A stretch of DNA of 64,000 nucleotides from an uncultured Hormoscilla sp. (lineage in GTDB: Bacteria; Cyanobacteriota; Cyanobacteriia; Cyanobacteriales; Desertifilaceae), in NCBI GenBank assembly GCA_963921275.4, contig OZ001293.3, positions 3,136,001-3,200,000 on the forward strand, read 5' to 3'. A program made the position numbers and the translations under genes. Positions within the stretch are counted from its first letter, which is position 1, and each line of letters begins with the position of its first letter. Under the pieces are notes generated by a model. The model was not told the DNA's origin. It saw only the letters and a list, made by a program, of their open reading frames with translations, and did no database searches. Below, piece after piece: positions 1 to 11,181 of the stretch.

Positions 1-110
1 TTTCCCGTGAAGAACTTGTGGGTCAATTTCGCCCACAACACTATAATTGTGAATTGTCAATTGCCATTAGCAATTAGGGCAAGCTTGGCTCATTAGTTAT
101 TGATAATTAA

Positions 111-569
111 CTAATTAAATTCCCGGCGGTGAATCTTATCTTCAAGAGCATTAATATTTTGATTTAACTCCCGGGTCCGACGAGACAGCATGCGAATGAT
201 ATTTATGGCAATTCCTGGGGTCTCCTCGATCGCGTCATAAAGTTGCTGCTGAGTTAGCATCAGACATTCGCTGGGTTCAATAGTGGTCACCGAAGCCGAA
301 CGAGGTTCAGCATCAAACAGGGACATCTCGCAAAAAGGCGCTCCCTCAGATAGTTGCGCCACATCCCGATCGCCTATATGCACCCGTACTCTACCTTTTA
401 CCACAATATAGAGAGAGCGCCCTTCCTGCCCTTGTGTAAAAATACTATGCTTCGCCGGAAAAGACAGCTCATCCATAATCGAAGCGACGCGCACGAGAAA
501 ATCATCCCGCAACTCCTTAAAGATGAGCACTCCCCGGACGAACAGAAGGCGGTCAACACTGGTAAGCAT
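111..569 (-). CDS. cyclic-nucleotide-binding (Crp/Fnr-type cNMP) domain protein
   Basis: cNMP motifs IFTQGQEGRSLYIVVKGRV and EMSLFDAEPRSASVTT; follows the HEAT-repeat transporter gene. Confidence 0.85.
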   Translation of the reverse strand: MLTSVDRLLFVRGVLIFKELRDDFLVRVASIMDELSFPAKHSIFTQGQEGRSLYIVVKGRVRVHIGDRDVAQLSEGAPFCEMSLFDAEPRSASVTTIEPSECLMLTQQQLYDAIEETPGIAINIIRMLSRRTRELNQNINALEDKIHRREFN

Positions 570-694
570 GTACCTATACTTTTATCTGATAATCATTATA
601 TTTCCCTCTTAAATGGTCAAAGAAACCCATCTAAGCAGTTAGCGCATAAGTTACATTGTATCGCCGAGGGTAAGAGGGCGCTACAACATTCTGC

Positions 695-3693
695 TCAAAT
701 CAGCCCCAATTCTGCGATCCCAGGGGAATTGGGAAAACTAGCTGTACTGGCACTATTGCTTTGGTCAGGAACTCCAGCAACACCCAACTCCTGCATCATC
801 GATGAAACTTGGGTACGCACCAAGCTATTGGGGTCATTTTTCATCATTGGCAACAAATCCACCAGCGAGCGAGGGCTAGCAACTTTCAGATAGGCCAACA
901 CCGCTTCCCGCACAAAACCCGTGGGATGACGCAAACAGGTCAAGGTCTGCTCGGCTGTCAAGCTCCATCGGGCCATCCTGGCGCAATGAAAACAGCAAGC
1001 CAAAGGCCAATCAGGCAAGAAATGACGTAATTCTAACAGATGGCGCAGCCGATCGCTCGGACCTTGGGTTGATAGTATACTAGGGTGCTCAGACCCTCCA
1101 GCTTTTCCTGGTCGCTATATCGATCCAGTACCGTCAGCATCGCGTTTTTGCTCTTGATATCCAGAGTATTGTCCAATATTTCCAACCCCCGCGCCCTATT
1201 CATCATGGAAGCGGACTGCAAATTAAACGCAGTTGCTTGTACGCTGTTGATGGGGTACAGAAACTTCATCAGCAAGAAACACCGGTCGATCGCATCTCCT
1301 TGCAAATCCTTCAGGGCCTGACGCAAGAAATCCGCTTCTCGACCCTGCACCAACTCCTCTGTCATGTCCACCATCGCCCCATAGATCTGCCCCAAAAACA
1401 TCAATTCCTGGTCAATTAACAGTTCTATGCCCGCTCGACCCACCTGCTCTAAAACTCCCTCAATGCCCCGATCTGAGGGCATTTTCAGCAATATGCGTCC
1501 AATATTGCTGCGTGTCGTGCCCCAAGAGGTCATCAGATTATTCGCTAATACCTGCAAAGCTTCGGGCGTATCGATCCTACCAATCCCAGTCCAGGCATAC
1601 TGCCGCACCAGATCCGGCTTGTGGATGTCCAGGGCTAATTCCAGCAGTAATGGTATCGCTTCATTTTCTAAACGCACCAGGGAACGTAATGCCGTTTCCC
1701 TGGTGGATTGGTAAGTCAGGCCCCGCAACACAGAAGGATAATATTCCTCTAAATGGGTTGCCGCGATCGCCTCTAGCAAAGCGCAGCGCACCCGCAAAGA
1801 TTCATCGGCCAACAGGTTGGGGATATAAAGCCGCAGGGCCTGCATATATACTGCTTCTCCCAAGGCCCGACAACCCATCACTCTTTCCCGCTCTTGGGGC
1901 GAAGTTACCAAGAGTCGCAGAGTATTGGTTGCCTCTGCTTTCTGACGAGGGGAGCCACGGCGCAGCATTAACGAAGCTGCCGTCGCTCGCACGATCGGGT
2001 CTACTTCTGGCTGCAAGTACGGTCGCAGTTGCCGAATATCTGGCTCTGGTTCCGTCAGCCATATGTAGCGCAGGGCTACCGCCAACACTTCCGGTTGCAG
2101 CGCTTGACTCGTCAGCATCCGCACTTTATTTAAGTCCGCCTCCTTGGGATGCTCTAGCAGCACTTCCAGACTCTGACGCTGCAATGCTGGTGACATCGAA
2201 GGCAGCAAAGGTACCAGCACCTCATTCAGATTTTCCGGGTCCAGCTGACTGAGCAATTCTATACAGGAACTTTTATCTTCATCTGCTCCTGGCTGCTGCA
2301 AAGTTTCCGCTACTTTCCGTTTCAGCGCTCGTAAGTCTACATCCGATACTCCCAGCTGTCCTTTCTCGGCACTCGTTACTAACAATTTCACGTATCCCGA
2401 TCGCAGGGCCCTGATCGCCACTAACCACCCCAAAGCTAGGATTACTGCCTCTAGTAGAAATATTTTGTCTTGTACTCCCCGTTCTACTTGAGCCCACTCA
2501 CACACCCAAATTGTTGCTAACATCGCCAGCCCCGTCAATCCTGTAGAGATTGGTTCCGCGATGCCACGGATTGCCTGGGCCCTGTTGCGTCCACTCTCAG
2601 GTATTGGTTGGAACAGCGCTGGTCCCGTCCCCGCCACTAGGGTGTAGCGAAACAGATCGTCGATGAATTTCATCGCGATCGCGCCCCAGTACAGGTCTAC
2701 TATGCCTCCCATGAATATTATCCCGCCCAGCCCGATCGAACCTGGCAGCAGAGATGCTGCCACGAATACCCCCAACTTCTCGATCGCCCTTGATGATATG
2801 AACCATTGTACTGCTAGCTCTGCTATTCCCAATATCCCGCTGAACAGTCCTAAAAAGCCTACTATCTGTTCCCTGCTCAACTTGATTTCTAGTTGTCCCA
2901 AGAACTGAAACTCTACTACCTGTAATATTGCTTGGGCGAATACGAATAATAAAATTAATGGTATGACATACTGTCCGATCGGACCTGTTAGTCGCGGCGT
3001 CGTAAATTCTTGATTTTCATCTGACCTGGACCCCTGCCGTGAGTCAGGAAAGAATTGCTGGTAGCTGATAGTGATATAAAACAATATCCCTGCTCCCAGG
3101 GATATCATCACGCTCGACACTAAAACTACGTTGTTTAGCTTAAATACTACTAGGAGTAGCGGCAGCGAGAAACCACTTATCACATCTGCCATCAGTATCC
3201 CGCTGCTTACCAGCGGGTAGGTGCGCTTAATTTCCCTGATATTGAACAGTTGATTTGCCGTGATTGACGTATTCAGTTCGTTCAGCACGTGACATGCTTC
3301 TACCCACAGCCGCAGCAGAAATACCGTTAAGCCGGCCACGTATATTATATCTAACCCGAAACGCAGCCCAAATAACGGGATTGCCATCAACAGGGCGATC
3401 GCTACTATTAACCACCGCAGGGGCAGCCATTTTTCCAGCCAGGAGTACAAAAAACCCAATCCCGAACCCATCACCGCACTGGCAATATATATCCAGGGCA
3501 ATGATTCGGCTCCATACCTATCCAGGAACAATGCTGCCGTACTTGCTTCCGACCAAGTCAGTCCTACACAGGTTGCTGTGTAGAACGCGAGCATCAGCAA
3601 CGTCCGTCCACTATCATCTGGTCGGAGATTTAGTAGTTGCAATAATCCCCTAGCTGATTTGCTCAATCCCGAACCCTGATGCTTTATTTCCAT
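695..3693 (-). pseudogene. MFS/Npt-like membrane domain + HEAT-repeat protein, frameshifted near 1060
   Basis: Hydrophobic N-half and HEAT-like helical C-half; ORF 1033..3750 ends YYQPKVRAIGCAIC* and the C-terminus (..PDWPLACCFH..HPTGFVREAVLAYL) continues in another frame as ORF 695..1018. Confidence 0.75.
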
Positions 3694-3706
3694 AATCTCC
3701 TTCTCC

Positions 3707-3756
3707 TGTAACTTGACACCGATTATCAAATCTTTAATTATGACTGTCAAGTTACA
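3707..3756. repeat. hairpin TGTAACTTGACA...TGTCAAGTTACA upstream of the HEAT gene
   Basis: 12-bp perfect inverted repeat. Confidence 0.6.
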
Positions 3757-4059
3757 CTACTCGCTAATTGTTAATTGCTAATTGCTAATTGCTTTATTTT
3801 CCTGGACACTTAACACTTAACAATCAACAATTATCCATCTGTGTCCCCCCCTCGTTCCCACGGCGAAGCCTGGGAACGTGCGAGTAGCGCGAGGTAAGCT
3901 GTCGCGCATCGCTCACTGCATATTCGAGCTGCCGATAAAATCTTGGGAACCCTCTACCCATAAGCGGCGATCGCCACCCAGCCTGCCCCATTTTGGACTA
4001 TGCAATTTAAATGCATCACAGCTTATCTCCTGGGTAGTGATCCTACGATGTCCCCGCTT

Positions 4060-4140
4060 TTGTGCGGCTAGCGCTCCCCGGGGACATCGATCTCCCAGGA
4101 GATACCTCGCCCCGGGAGACACAGCATCCGGGGACACAGC
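4060..4140. repeat. modular GACATCG/CGATGTC micro-repeat copy
   Basis: Shares modules with copies at 4817, 25100, 27614, 28982, 35470, 49497, 54960 and 61720. Confidence 0.7.
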
Positions 4141-4144
4141 CCTG

Positions 4145-4672
4145 TTATTTTTTTGGAGAAAGCATCATCATCATATTCCGACCTTCTTTCTTCGGTTCCT
4201 GTTGCACCTCTGCCACTTCTTCCAAGTCCTTTGCCATCCGCTTGAGCAATTCTTCTGCCAGGTTACTATGCTGTATTTCCCGACCTCTGAAGGTTATCGT
4301 TGCTTTTACCTTATCTCCTGCTTTTAGAAAGCGCTGGGCGCTATTTACGCGCACCTGATAGTCATGTTCGTCTATCTTGTAACGCATTTTCACTTCCTTT
4401 ACATCAGCCTGGTGCTGTTTTTTCTTTGCTTCCCTGGCTTTTTTCTCTTGTTCAAACTTATATTTGCCGTAGTCAATTATCCTGCAAACTGGCGGATCTG
4501 CCTTGTCACTGACTAGGACCAGATCCAGATCCTTTTGATCCGCCATCTGCAATGCTTCCCTCGGGGTCATCACCCCTAATTGGCCCCCATCAGTATCTAT
4601 GACCCTAATCTTGGGAAATCTAATCCGTTCGTTGATTTGGGGGAGAGCGCGATTTTTTCTTTTCTCTATCAC
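4145..4672 (-). CDS. infC: translation initiation factor IF-3
   Basis: [44 protein letters not shown]; likely GTG start at 4672. Confidence 0.97.
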   Translation of the reverse strand: MIEKRKNRALPQINERIRFPKIRVIDTDGGQLGVMTPREALQMADQKDLDLVLVSDKADPPVCRIIDYGKYKFEQEKKAREAKKKQHQADVKEVKMRYKIDEHDYQVRVNSAQRFLKAGDKVKATITFRGREIQHSNLAEELLKRMAKDLEEVAEVQQEPKKEGRNMMMMLSPKK

Positions 4673-4816
4673 AAGCGTTAAAGGTGAAACTTCTAATAGC
4701 GCTACAATGCGCGAAGTTAATTTTTCTTTTGGAGTCAGGTATTTTTTTGCTTTGCTCTGCACCGGCTTTACTGTCCGCAGACATCAACCCTAGCCCAGCG
4801 GTGTCTGGTCGTCGCT

Positions 4817-4885
4817 CGATGTCCCCGGGGAGCGCTAACCGCACAAAAGCGGGGACATCGTACTCGCACTACCCACGAGACACCG
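4817..4885. repeat. modular GACATCG/CGATGTC micro-repeat copy
   Basis: cgatgtccccgggg...ggggacatcgtactcgcactaccc. Confidence 0.7.
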
Positions 4886-5041
4886 GCTGCTCCTTCTCTT
4901 TATTTCTAGCATATCCGCATCCTGAGAGTGTCAACTTTCTGGCTGCTAGCATCATAATTGCCAATATTTTCATCAAGGACCTACTGGCCCATAGCAGTTC
5001 CTTGAGTATATCTACCTATTTATATTCCCATCGGGGGCTTG

Positions 5042-5410
5042 CTAGCCTAGGACAGTGACTTGCTCTGTGTCCACCTCTGTGGCTCCATCCACTCCCATCG
5101 CTAAATCCACCATTTTGTCAAGAATGTCTTGGCTGGAAACTTCTCCTTTCAACACTACCTTGCTGCTGGTCTGAGCCACCCACAGGCGTTCGGAATCATC
5201 CAGTTCATCGTCTTCATCGAACGCTAGAACCACCCGCTTAGCCAAGCCACTCTGATCGTATTCTCCGTACAACCCTACTCGCTCTGGAGGGATCTCATCT
5301 ACTCCTGCGGCCTCTTGGGCTGCTACTGCGGCCTCTTGGGCTGCTGCTACCGCTTCTTAGTCAGTTTCGGAGGGTTTTTCTAGGCCAAACATTCTTTTTA
5401 ACCAACCCAT
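5042..5410 (-). pseudogene. BON-domain (phospholipid-binding) protein with in-frame TAA at codon 18
   Basis: MGWLKRMFGLEKPSETD*EAVAAAQ...PPERVGLYGEYDQSGLAKRV...VVLKG; stop at 5357-5359. Confidence 0.75.
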
Positions 5411-5741
5411 AGTCCTTTCGACTCCTACTCTAGTTTTACTTCAACTCCGACCACCGGGCCTACGGCCTCGGATAGTTAGGACCTTCATTTTACCGCGTTA
5501 TCTGTATATGCTGAATATCTTAACGTCTATTTTTCAACTCTGTCTTTCCCACCTGCCAGTCTTCCGGAGTTGGATAGGGGACCGGTATTCAAATAGTAGC
5601 ATCTGCTGGTGAGCGGTCAGAGATGAAAATCTGTTTGATGTGGGGGAGTAGTCTATATAATAGAGGGCTAGACAAAGTTAAACTACCGATCGCCCGAAGC
5701 GGACAGTACGCAACGGACAACTGACAACTGACAACTGACTT

Positions 5742-6260
5742 ATGAAACATACTATATCTGTGCTAGTGGAGGATGTTGCGGGGGTTCTCACTAGGATTGC
5801 CGGTCTATTCGCCCGTCGCGGCTTTAATATTGAGAGTCTAGCAGTGGGCCATGCCGAGCAGCTGGGAGTCTCCCGGATTACCATGGTGGTGCCTGGAGAT
5901 GACCGAATAATTGAGCAGTTGATTAAGCAACTGTACAAGCAAATTAATGTGCTTAAGGTCCAGGATATCACGGAAAGTCCCTGTGTGGAGCGGGAATTAA
6001 TGCTGATGAAGGTGAATGCCACCAGCAGCACTCGCTCAGAAGTGATAGAATTAGCCCAGATTTTTCGCGCTCGTGTGGTAGATGTGGCGGAGGAGTCCCT
6101 GACCCTGGAAGTGGCGGGCGACCCTGGTAAAATGGTGGCGCTCGTCCAGGTGCTGCAAAAGTTCGGCATTCGGGAAATCGCCCGTACTGGCAAAATTGCT
6201 CTGACCCGCGAGTCTGGGGTGAATACTGAATTACTCAAAACTCTGGAAGCTTCGCTTTAG
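5742..6260 (+). CDS. ilvN: acetolactate synthase small subunit
   Basis: [39 protein letters not shown] domain. Confidence 0.97.
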   Translation: MKHTISVLVEDVAGVLTRIAGLFARRGFNIESLAVGHAEQLGVSRITMVVPGDDRIIEQLIKQLYKQINVLKVQDITESPCVERELMLMKVNATSSTRSEVIELAQIFRARVVDVAEESLTLEVAGDPGKMVALVQVLQKFGIREIARTGKIALTRESGVNTELLKTLEASL

Positions 6261-6587
6261 GTGGGGAGCATTTAGAACTGCTGGTCAGCGATCGGTGGTC
6301 AGCGGTCAGTGGTCAGTAGTCAATTCTGAATTTGGAATTTTGAAGAAAGAATTTTGGGTCTTCGGTACTTGGGAGGCTATAATGATGCTTAAAAACCACC
6401 GAAACCCTTGCTATGTAAGGCTTTGACGAATTGATTAACTCAAATTACCTTCATTATGTAAGCCTTGCCAAGGCTGGAGTGCATTAATTTGATGCCAAAA
6501 TACCATTGCTTTGTACCGAAGAGCCAGAATTTTGAATTAGGTGGAGCTGTCAGTAGAATAAGGAAGATTTATTTGAGGTAAACTCCG

Positions 6588-6893
6588 ATGCCAGTTGCAG
6601 TGGGAGTAATTCAAACTCTCGGTTTTCCAGGTGTGCTAGCTGCTGCTGACGCAATGGTCAAAGCAGCGCGGGTCACCCTGGTCTATTTTGACAGGGCGGA
6701 AAGCAGTCAGTTCGTGGTGGCGATTCGAGGGCAAGTTTCTGAGGTGAAAGTAGCTGTGGATGCGGGTGTCCAAGCAGCTAAAAACACCTACGGCGCGACA
6801 ATACTCATGCATTACATCGTTCCCAACCCACCGGAAAATGTGGTGGCGGTTCTGCCCATCGACTACACGGAAGCGAGCGAACCGTTTAGATAA
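6588..6893 (+). CDS. ccmK3: carboxysome shell BMC-H protein CcmK3
   Basis: BMC motif GFPGVLAAADAMVKAARV; first gene of the tandem pair. Confidence 0.88.
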   Translation: MPVAVGVIQTLGFPGVLAAADAMVKAARVTLVYFDRAESSQFVVAIRGQVSEVKVAVDAGVQAAKNTYGATILMHYIVPNPPENVVAVLPIDYTEASEPFR

Positions 6894-6980
6894 AAAGTTC
6901 CCCTACTTAACAGTAAGAATATAGCAATTAGCTATACTTTTTTCACCGCTCAAAAACACGGGATTTAGAGGAGATTGACA

Positions 6981-7337
6981 ATGGCACAACAAGCGGTTGG
7001 AGCACTGGAAACAAAGGGCTTTCCCGGTGTTCTCGCAGCGGCGGACGCGATGGTGAAAGCAGGTCGGGTGACCCTGGTAGGTTATATCAGAGCTGGGAGT
7101 GCGCGATTTACGGTGATGATTAGGGGAGATGTCTCGGAGGTGAAGGCGGCGATGGATGCGGGTATTGATGCAGTAGAGAAGGCTTTTGGTGCCACTCTAG
7201 AAACTTGGGTGATCATTCCTCGCCCCCATGAAAATGTAGTGGCGGTTCTGCCGATCGATTTCAGTGCGTCGGTCGAAGAGTACCGTCAAGCGGTTGAGGG
7301 CATTACTCTTCCGGGCCGACCGAATGGTTCTAATTGA
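6981..7337 (+). CDS. ccmK4: carboxysome shell BMC-H protein CcmK4
   Basis: AVGALETKGFPGVLAAADAMVKAGRV...IIPRPHENV. Confidence 0.88.
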   Translation: MAQQAVGALETKGFPGVLAAADAMVKAGRVTLVGYIRAGSARFTVMIRGDVSEVKAAMDAGIDAVEKAFGATLETWVIIPRPHENVVAVLPIDFSASVEEYRQAVEGITLPGRPNGSN

Positions 7338-7344
7338 ATGGTGA

Positions 7345-7425
7345 ATTGTCAGTGGTTAGTTGTCGGTGGTCAGCAGTCAGTAGTCAGTTGTATTAGAGGT
7401 AGGTGGTCCGCAGTCAGCAGTCAAT
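7345..7425. repeat. degenerate heptamer tandem repeats (STRR-like CAGTGGT/CAGTAGT)
   Basis: Similar tracts at 5716, 6285, 10277 and 54750. Confidence 0.6.
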
Positions 7426-7884
7426 GTAAGAATTTTGAATTTTATAGTTGGCCAATTGGAACTCGCTGGCACCAGTCCCGATACTGTCCATGGCATTAAC
7501 AGAGCCGGAGATGGGGTGGGCTGGGTCTTGCTTTTGACTGGCTGACCGTTTGGGCCAATGCTCCGGTTACTCTCATACCGACCTCGGACCTTAGCCGCTA
7601 GCCCCCTAGAGCGCTGGCGGCTATTTGTGAACTTGTTGTTGCCAGTTCATAAATTTTGTGCTATAGTTATTTTATCACGGAATAATAGGATTTGTAAAGG
7701 GCGCGAGTTGCGCTCCTGGTTGGCGACAGTTGAGGTGGCCCGATCCCGATCGCCTGTTGCAGCTATTCTAGCTCATGTAGTTTGCTCTGCCCGGACGTGA
7801 ACCCTTGGGGCAAGATCTGCTCAGCTGTTAGGGGCTGGGTTTGGATATGATTATAGTCAGGAGTTTACCAAAAAGTTAGGTTGC

Positions 7885-10275
7885 ATGTTAGTAGAAAAGA
7901 CATTAAGAGAAACTTTCTCCAGATCCTTCAAGAAAAAAAGGGTCCAAAATTATTGGTCAGACAGACGGTCATGGGGAGAAATATTCAGAAATACTTTTGA
8001 TTTAAGATGGACGCAGCATGTATTAGATCCGATCCTGGGATGCTTGAAGATGAAGAAGCATTCAATTAAGGTCCACAGGGTAGAAAAAGATCTAGTTTAT
8101 TTAACGACATTGTCGATTAATAAACACAATCAGCTGTTTATTAGTTTGCCAGTTACTCCAGTTTCTGTAGGGACAATGGTAGTTGCCTATAGTGCTCAAA
8201 TTGCCGCTAGCCTATCGGCAAAAGCATTTGTGCTCTGGATCAGAACGGAGGAGGATAGTAAAATCGATAGCTTGAGAACTGCTAAAGCATTTAATTTCAT
8301 AGACCCTTGGCAAAGCCGGATTAATTTTAAGGAAAAAATAGTTGGCTGGACAGCAGAGAAAATAAATGAACCATTATCAGGAAATCAACTCAAGGTGATC
8401 GTGGTTAGAACGCTGGGGGAAGGAGTAGAATTATTGCAGCGGTTTCATAACTGCTCTCTGGTGGTTATGGACGATCCTTCAGGAAAAACTTATCCAAGAA
8501 ACTCTAGCTACGGAGAAGAAGCTTTTGGTTTAGCTAGAGTTTGCAGGAAAAAAAATATTCCTTTGGTGGGAATTGTGCCACCTTGGGTAATGAAAGATAT
8601 AGAAGACAATCAAATAGGGGCGCAAAATACGGAGAATGTGCTACTGTGGCCGATCGACTTCTTTACTTTACGCTCTTATCCGGATGATGGTCATATATAT
8701 GATAAAAATAGGAACAGACCTCATCCGATAGAAGAAAGCTTTTTGCGATTAGAAAGAAAACGTCAATGTTTACATGAGGCGGAGGTAACAATTAGAACAT
8801 TTAGCTGCCAAGTAAAAATTGCCGGGCTATTTCAATCCTCATCGGAGTTGCTGCTGGAGTTGGCGGGACAGCCGCAATGTCAGACTGTGTGGGAAGCAGT
8901 ATGGGAAATCTGGCGGGATCTGGCGGCTCCAGTATTGCCTTTTGAATTGCTATGGGAGCGGTTGCTTTCAAGGGAGTTGGCGCGTTTAGAAAATGCGGCT
9001 AATAACTCACCTCAAGCAATGCGCTTACAGGAAATGCTCCAGACTCTGGCCCGAATGCTGGTGACCCTGAAGGAGAATCCTTTCCTGGATGTAATTGCTA
9101 GGACTGAACCAGAAACTGTGGTGGCGATCGAAAATGCCGAACGGGCCCAGGCTTTAGAGAAGTTTTTAATGGTAAGTCGCTCTCCCGAATTGATGCCGCA
9201 AATTTTACCGATCGGCCAGATTAAAGATATAGGGGGAGAAAAGCTGATTGTGTTGGGTCAACCCAAGGCTTTTCATCGGGACTTGTTGCAAAGATCTTTT
9301 TTTCACAAAGTAGAGGTGTTGCTATGGTCAGCTCTAGCGGATGATGCCGATCGGTGGTGGAGTGATTTGGAGGTTGATGCGCGATCGTGGCATCGTAAAA
9401 CTTGGCTGGAGTTAACGGGAAAAGACCAGATGGTCCGTTATGGCTATAGCGAGCAGCCGACATCGGTGCAGGTTGTGAGTACAGGAAAATCCACAGAGGA
9501 TAAAACTCTGAATATATCAAGGATCGAGGAAAGTTTCAATAGCTTAACGGGCCTCCATGCCGATACTGAGGGGATTAACTGGATATTGAAAGATTTAGAG
9601 TATCACTATCTAGTAGAATTGGAGCAGGGACAGAAAATTAGGGTAGTACGGGATAGCGAATTTTTATTGCTATGGCGCAGACAAACTCGGATAGTGGCTG
9701 CCCCAGACTTGAGAATAGGACCAAAAGTTGTGCTGTGCGAGGGCATGAGCCGGGATTGGTTATTTGCCCAGAAGGTTGGTTTGCTCGAAGATACTAAGGA
9801 GAATTTCCTTTATCGCGCTCAACTAGATAGTTGGCGGTCTTCGGTCAGACAGGAGGTGGAACGGTCTGGTTTGTCTAGGGTATGCCAAAACCTGTTGTGG
9901 GATACAGGTGTATCTGTTGAGCAAGAGACTGTTCGGTCTAAGTGGATGGAGGGTCAGGACTTGCTTGGGGTGCCCAGGGAAAAAGCACATTTCTTTTGGT
10001 TTATACCACCTGTAGCCCAGGCAGGTTTTGAGGAGTTTTGGGAAAAAGCTGATGAATTAAGGATGAAGCGTGCAGAACTGGGAGATACGATTTGTGCTTG
10101 CGCGAAGGATGGATGGAAGGATCGCAAGCATGATGAAATCGTCTTTAGATATCGGCGGGTTTGGATTACTGTAGGTGAGTTACGAGATAGAATGCAGCTG
10201 CTGACAGTGCAGTCAGAGCCGCAATTAATTCCCGAAAAACCGGCCTTTCCTTTTAATCGTCTGTTTAAGGGTTAG
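7885..10275 (+). CDS. large hypothetical protein; C-terminal part loosely resembles DrmE-like proteins
   Basis: Intact 796-aa ORF; the C-terminal W..L..L..G..TVR.KW..GVP pattern is recalled from DrmE-like proteins (not verified). Confidence 0.55.
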   Translation: MLVEKTLRETFSRSFKKKRVQNYWSDRRSWGEIFRNTFDLRWTQHVLDPILGCLKMKKHSIKVHRVEKDLVYLTTLSINKHNQLFISLPVTPVSVGTMVVAYSAQIAASLSAKAFVLWIRTEEDSKIDSLRTAKAFNFIDPWQSRINFKEKIVGWTAEKINEPLSGNQLKVIVVRTLGEGVELLQRFHNCSLVVMDDPSGKTYPRNSSYGEEAFGLARVCRKKNIPLVGIVPPWVMKDIEDNQIGAQNTENVLLWPIDFFTLRSYPDDGHIYDKNRNRPHPIEESFLRLERKRQCLHEAEVTIRTFSCQVKIAGLFQSSSELLLELAGQPQCQTVWEAVWEIWRDLAAPVLPFELLWERLLSRELARLENAANNSPQAMRLQEMLQTLARMLVTLKENPFLDVIARTEPETVVAIENAERAQALEKFLMVSRSPELMPQILPIGQIKDIGGEKLIVLGQPKAFHRDLLQRSFFHKVEVLLWSALADDADRWWSDLEVDARSWHRKTWLELTGKDQMVRYGYSEQPTSVQVVSTGKSTEDKTLNISRIEESFNSLTGLHADTEGINWILKDLEYHYLVELEQGQKIRVVRDSEFLLLWRRQTRIVAAPDLRIGPKVVLCEGMSRDWLFAQKVGLLEDTKENFLYRAQLDSWRSSVRQEVERSGLSRVCQNLLWDTGVSVEQETVRSKWMEGQDLLGVPREKAHFFWFIPPVAQAGFEEFWEKADELRMKRAELGDTICACAKDGWKDRKHDEIVFRYRRVWITVGELRDRMQLLTVQSEPQLIPEKPAFPFNRLFKG

Positions 10276-10276
10276 T

Positions 10277-10323
10277 TAGCGGTCAGTTGTGAGCGGTCAG
10301 TTGTGAGCGGTCAGTTGTGAGCG
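10277..10323. repeat. 14-bp tandem repeat (GCGGTCAGTTGTGA x3) ending at a HIP1 site
   Basis: Seen directly. Confidence 0.85.
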
Positions 10324-10364
10324 ATCGCTTATTTAATCAAAAATTTCGTGATTCTTCGGTAGCC

Positions 10365-10462
10365 CAGAAACCAGGTTTCTAGCGTATTCCTGCGTCGCGA
10401 GCACGCGCAGGACCGGTAGCCTGTCGGTGCGGCACTGCGTATAGGAGAAACCTGGTTTCTTA
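10365..10462. repeat. REP-like AGAAACC(G/T)GGTTTCT palindrome pair
   Basis: Related palindromes at ~20325, 44386-44450, 50178 and 59896. Confidence 0.6.
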
Positions 10463-10609
10463 ATTCAAAGGCACTGGCGATCGCCTGAGTAATGCTGATA
10501 AATATTGTATAATAATACTTTTCCGATTTTGAGCTTGAATAGCAGAAACCTGGGGAGCGACTATTCGATCCCTGGGCATTAACTACACGCTCACCAGTGC
10601 CCCAGTGAA

Positions 10610-11070
10610 ATAATACAAAAGAGTACAAATAATACGTAGCTGGTGAATTACTTATACTGCAAGTAGTATAAACTAGGTGATCGCCCGGTAAAATAATACA
10701 AAAAAGTATAAATAATACGGTAATTAGTGAATTACCCCATGTTATATTATAGCACAAACTGGAGGAGATGAGCCAGTTAAATAATACAAAAAATACAGAT
10801 AATACGGGAGCTAGTGAATTACGTGCGCTACTTTATGCTACAGCTTGCAGGCGATGGCCCGGTGATAATACAAAAAAGTACAGATAAGACGCGCAATTTA
10901 CGTGCGCAACTTCGTAACACGAAGTTGAGGCAATGGGCAGGGTTAATAATACAAAAAAGTACAGATAAGACGCGCAATTTTGAATTACGTGCCCTACTTT
11001 TTAGTATAGATAAAGGCGATCGCCAGGTTGGATAATACAAAAAAGGACAGATAATACTGTTGTTTTGAAT
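10610..11070 (+). repeat. tandem array of six ~84-bp degenerate units (ATAATACAAAAAAGTACAGATAATACG..TGAATTACGTGCGCTACT..GGCGATCGCC)
   Basis: Unit starts at 10610, 10693, 10781, 10865, 10946 and 11032. Confidence 0.9.
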
Positions 11071-11181
11071 ATGGATATAATTTGGGAAAAAACAAAAGGC
11101 AAGTGGGAAGTGCGATTGCTCGGGGGTTTCCAGATAAGTCGTAACCAAACCAAGATATGTGCCATTCTTTATCTTATATTA

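Noticed and set aside
1085..3653. Plus-strand and nested ORFs over the HEAT gene
   Set aside because: Shadow ORFs of a real gene
5357..5359. Stop-codon reassignment or read-through
   Set aside because: Internal stops across the window are of mixed types and intact genes end in TAA, TAG and TGA
10610..11070. CRISPR array
   Set aside because: Units are homologous along most of their length, the repeats are degenerate and non-palindromic, and no cas genes are present
10329..11148. ORFs over the repeat array
   Set aside because: Low-complexity translations with no frame kept between units
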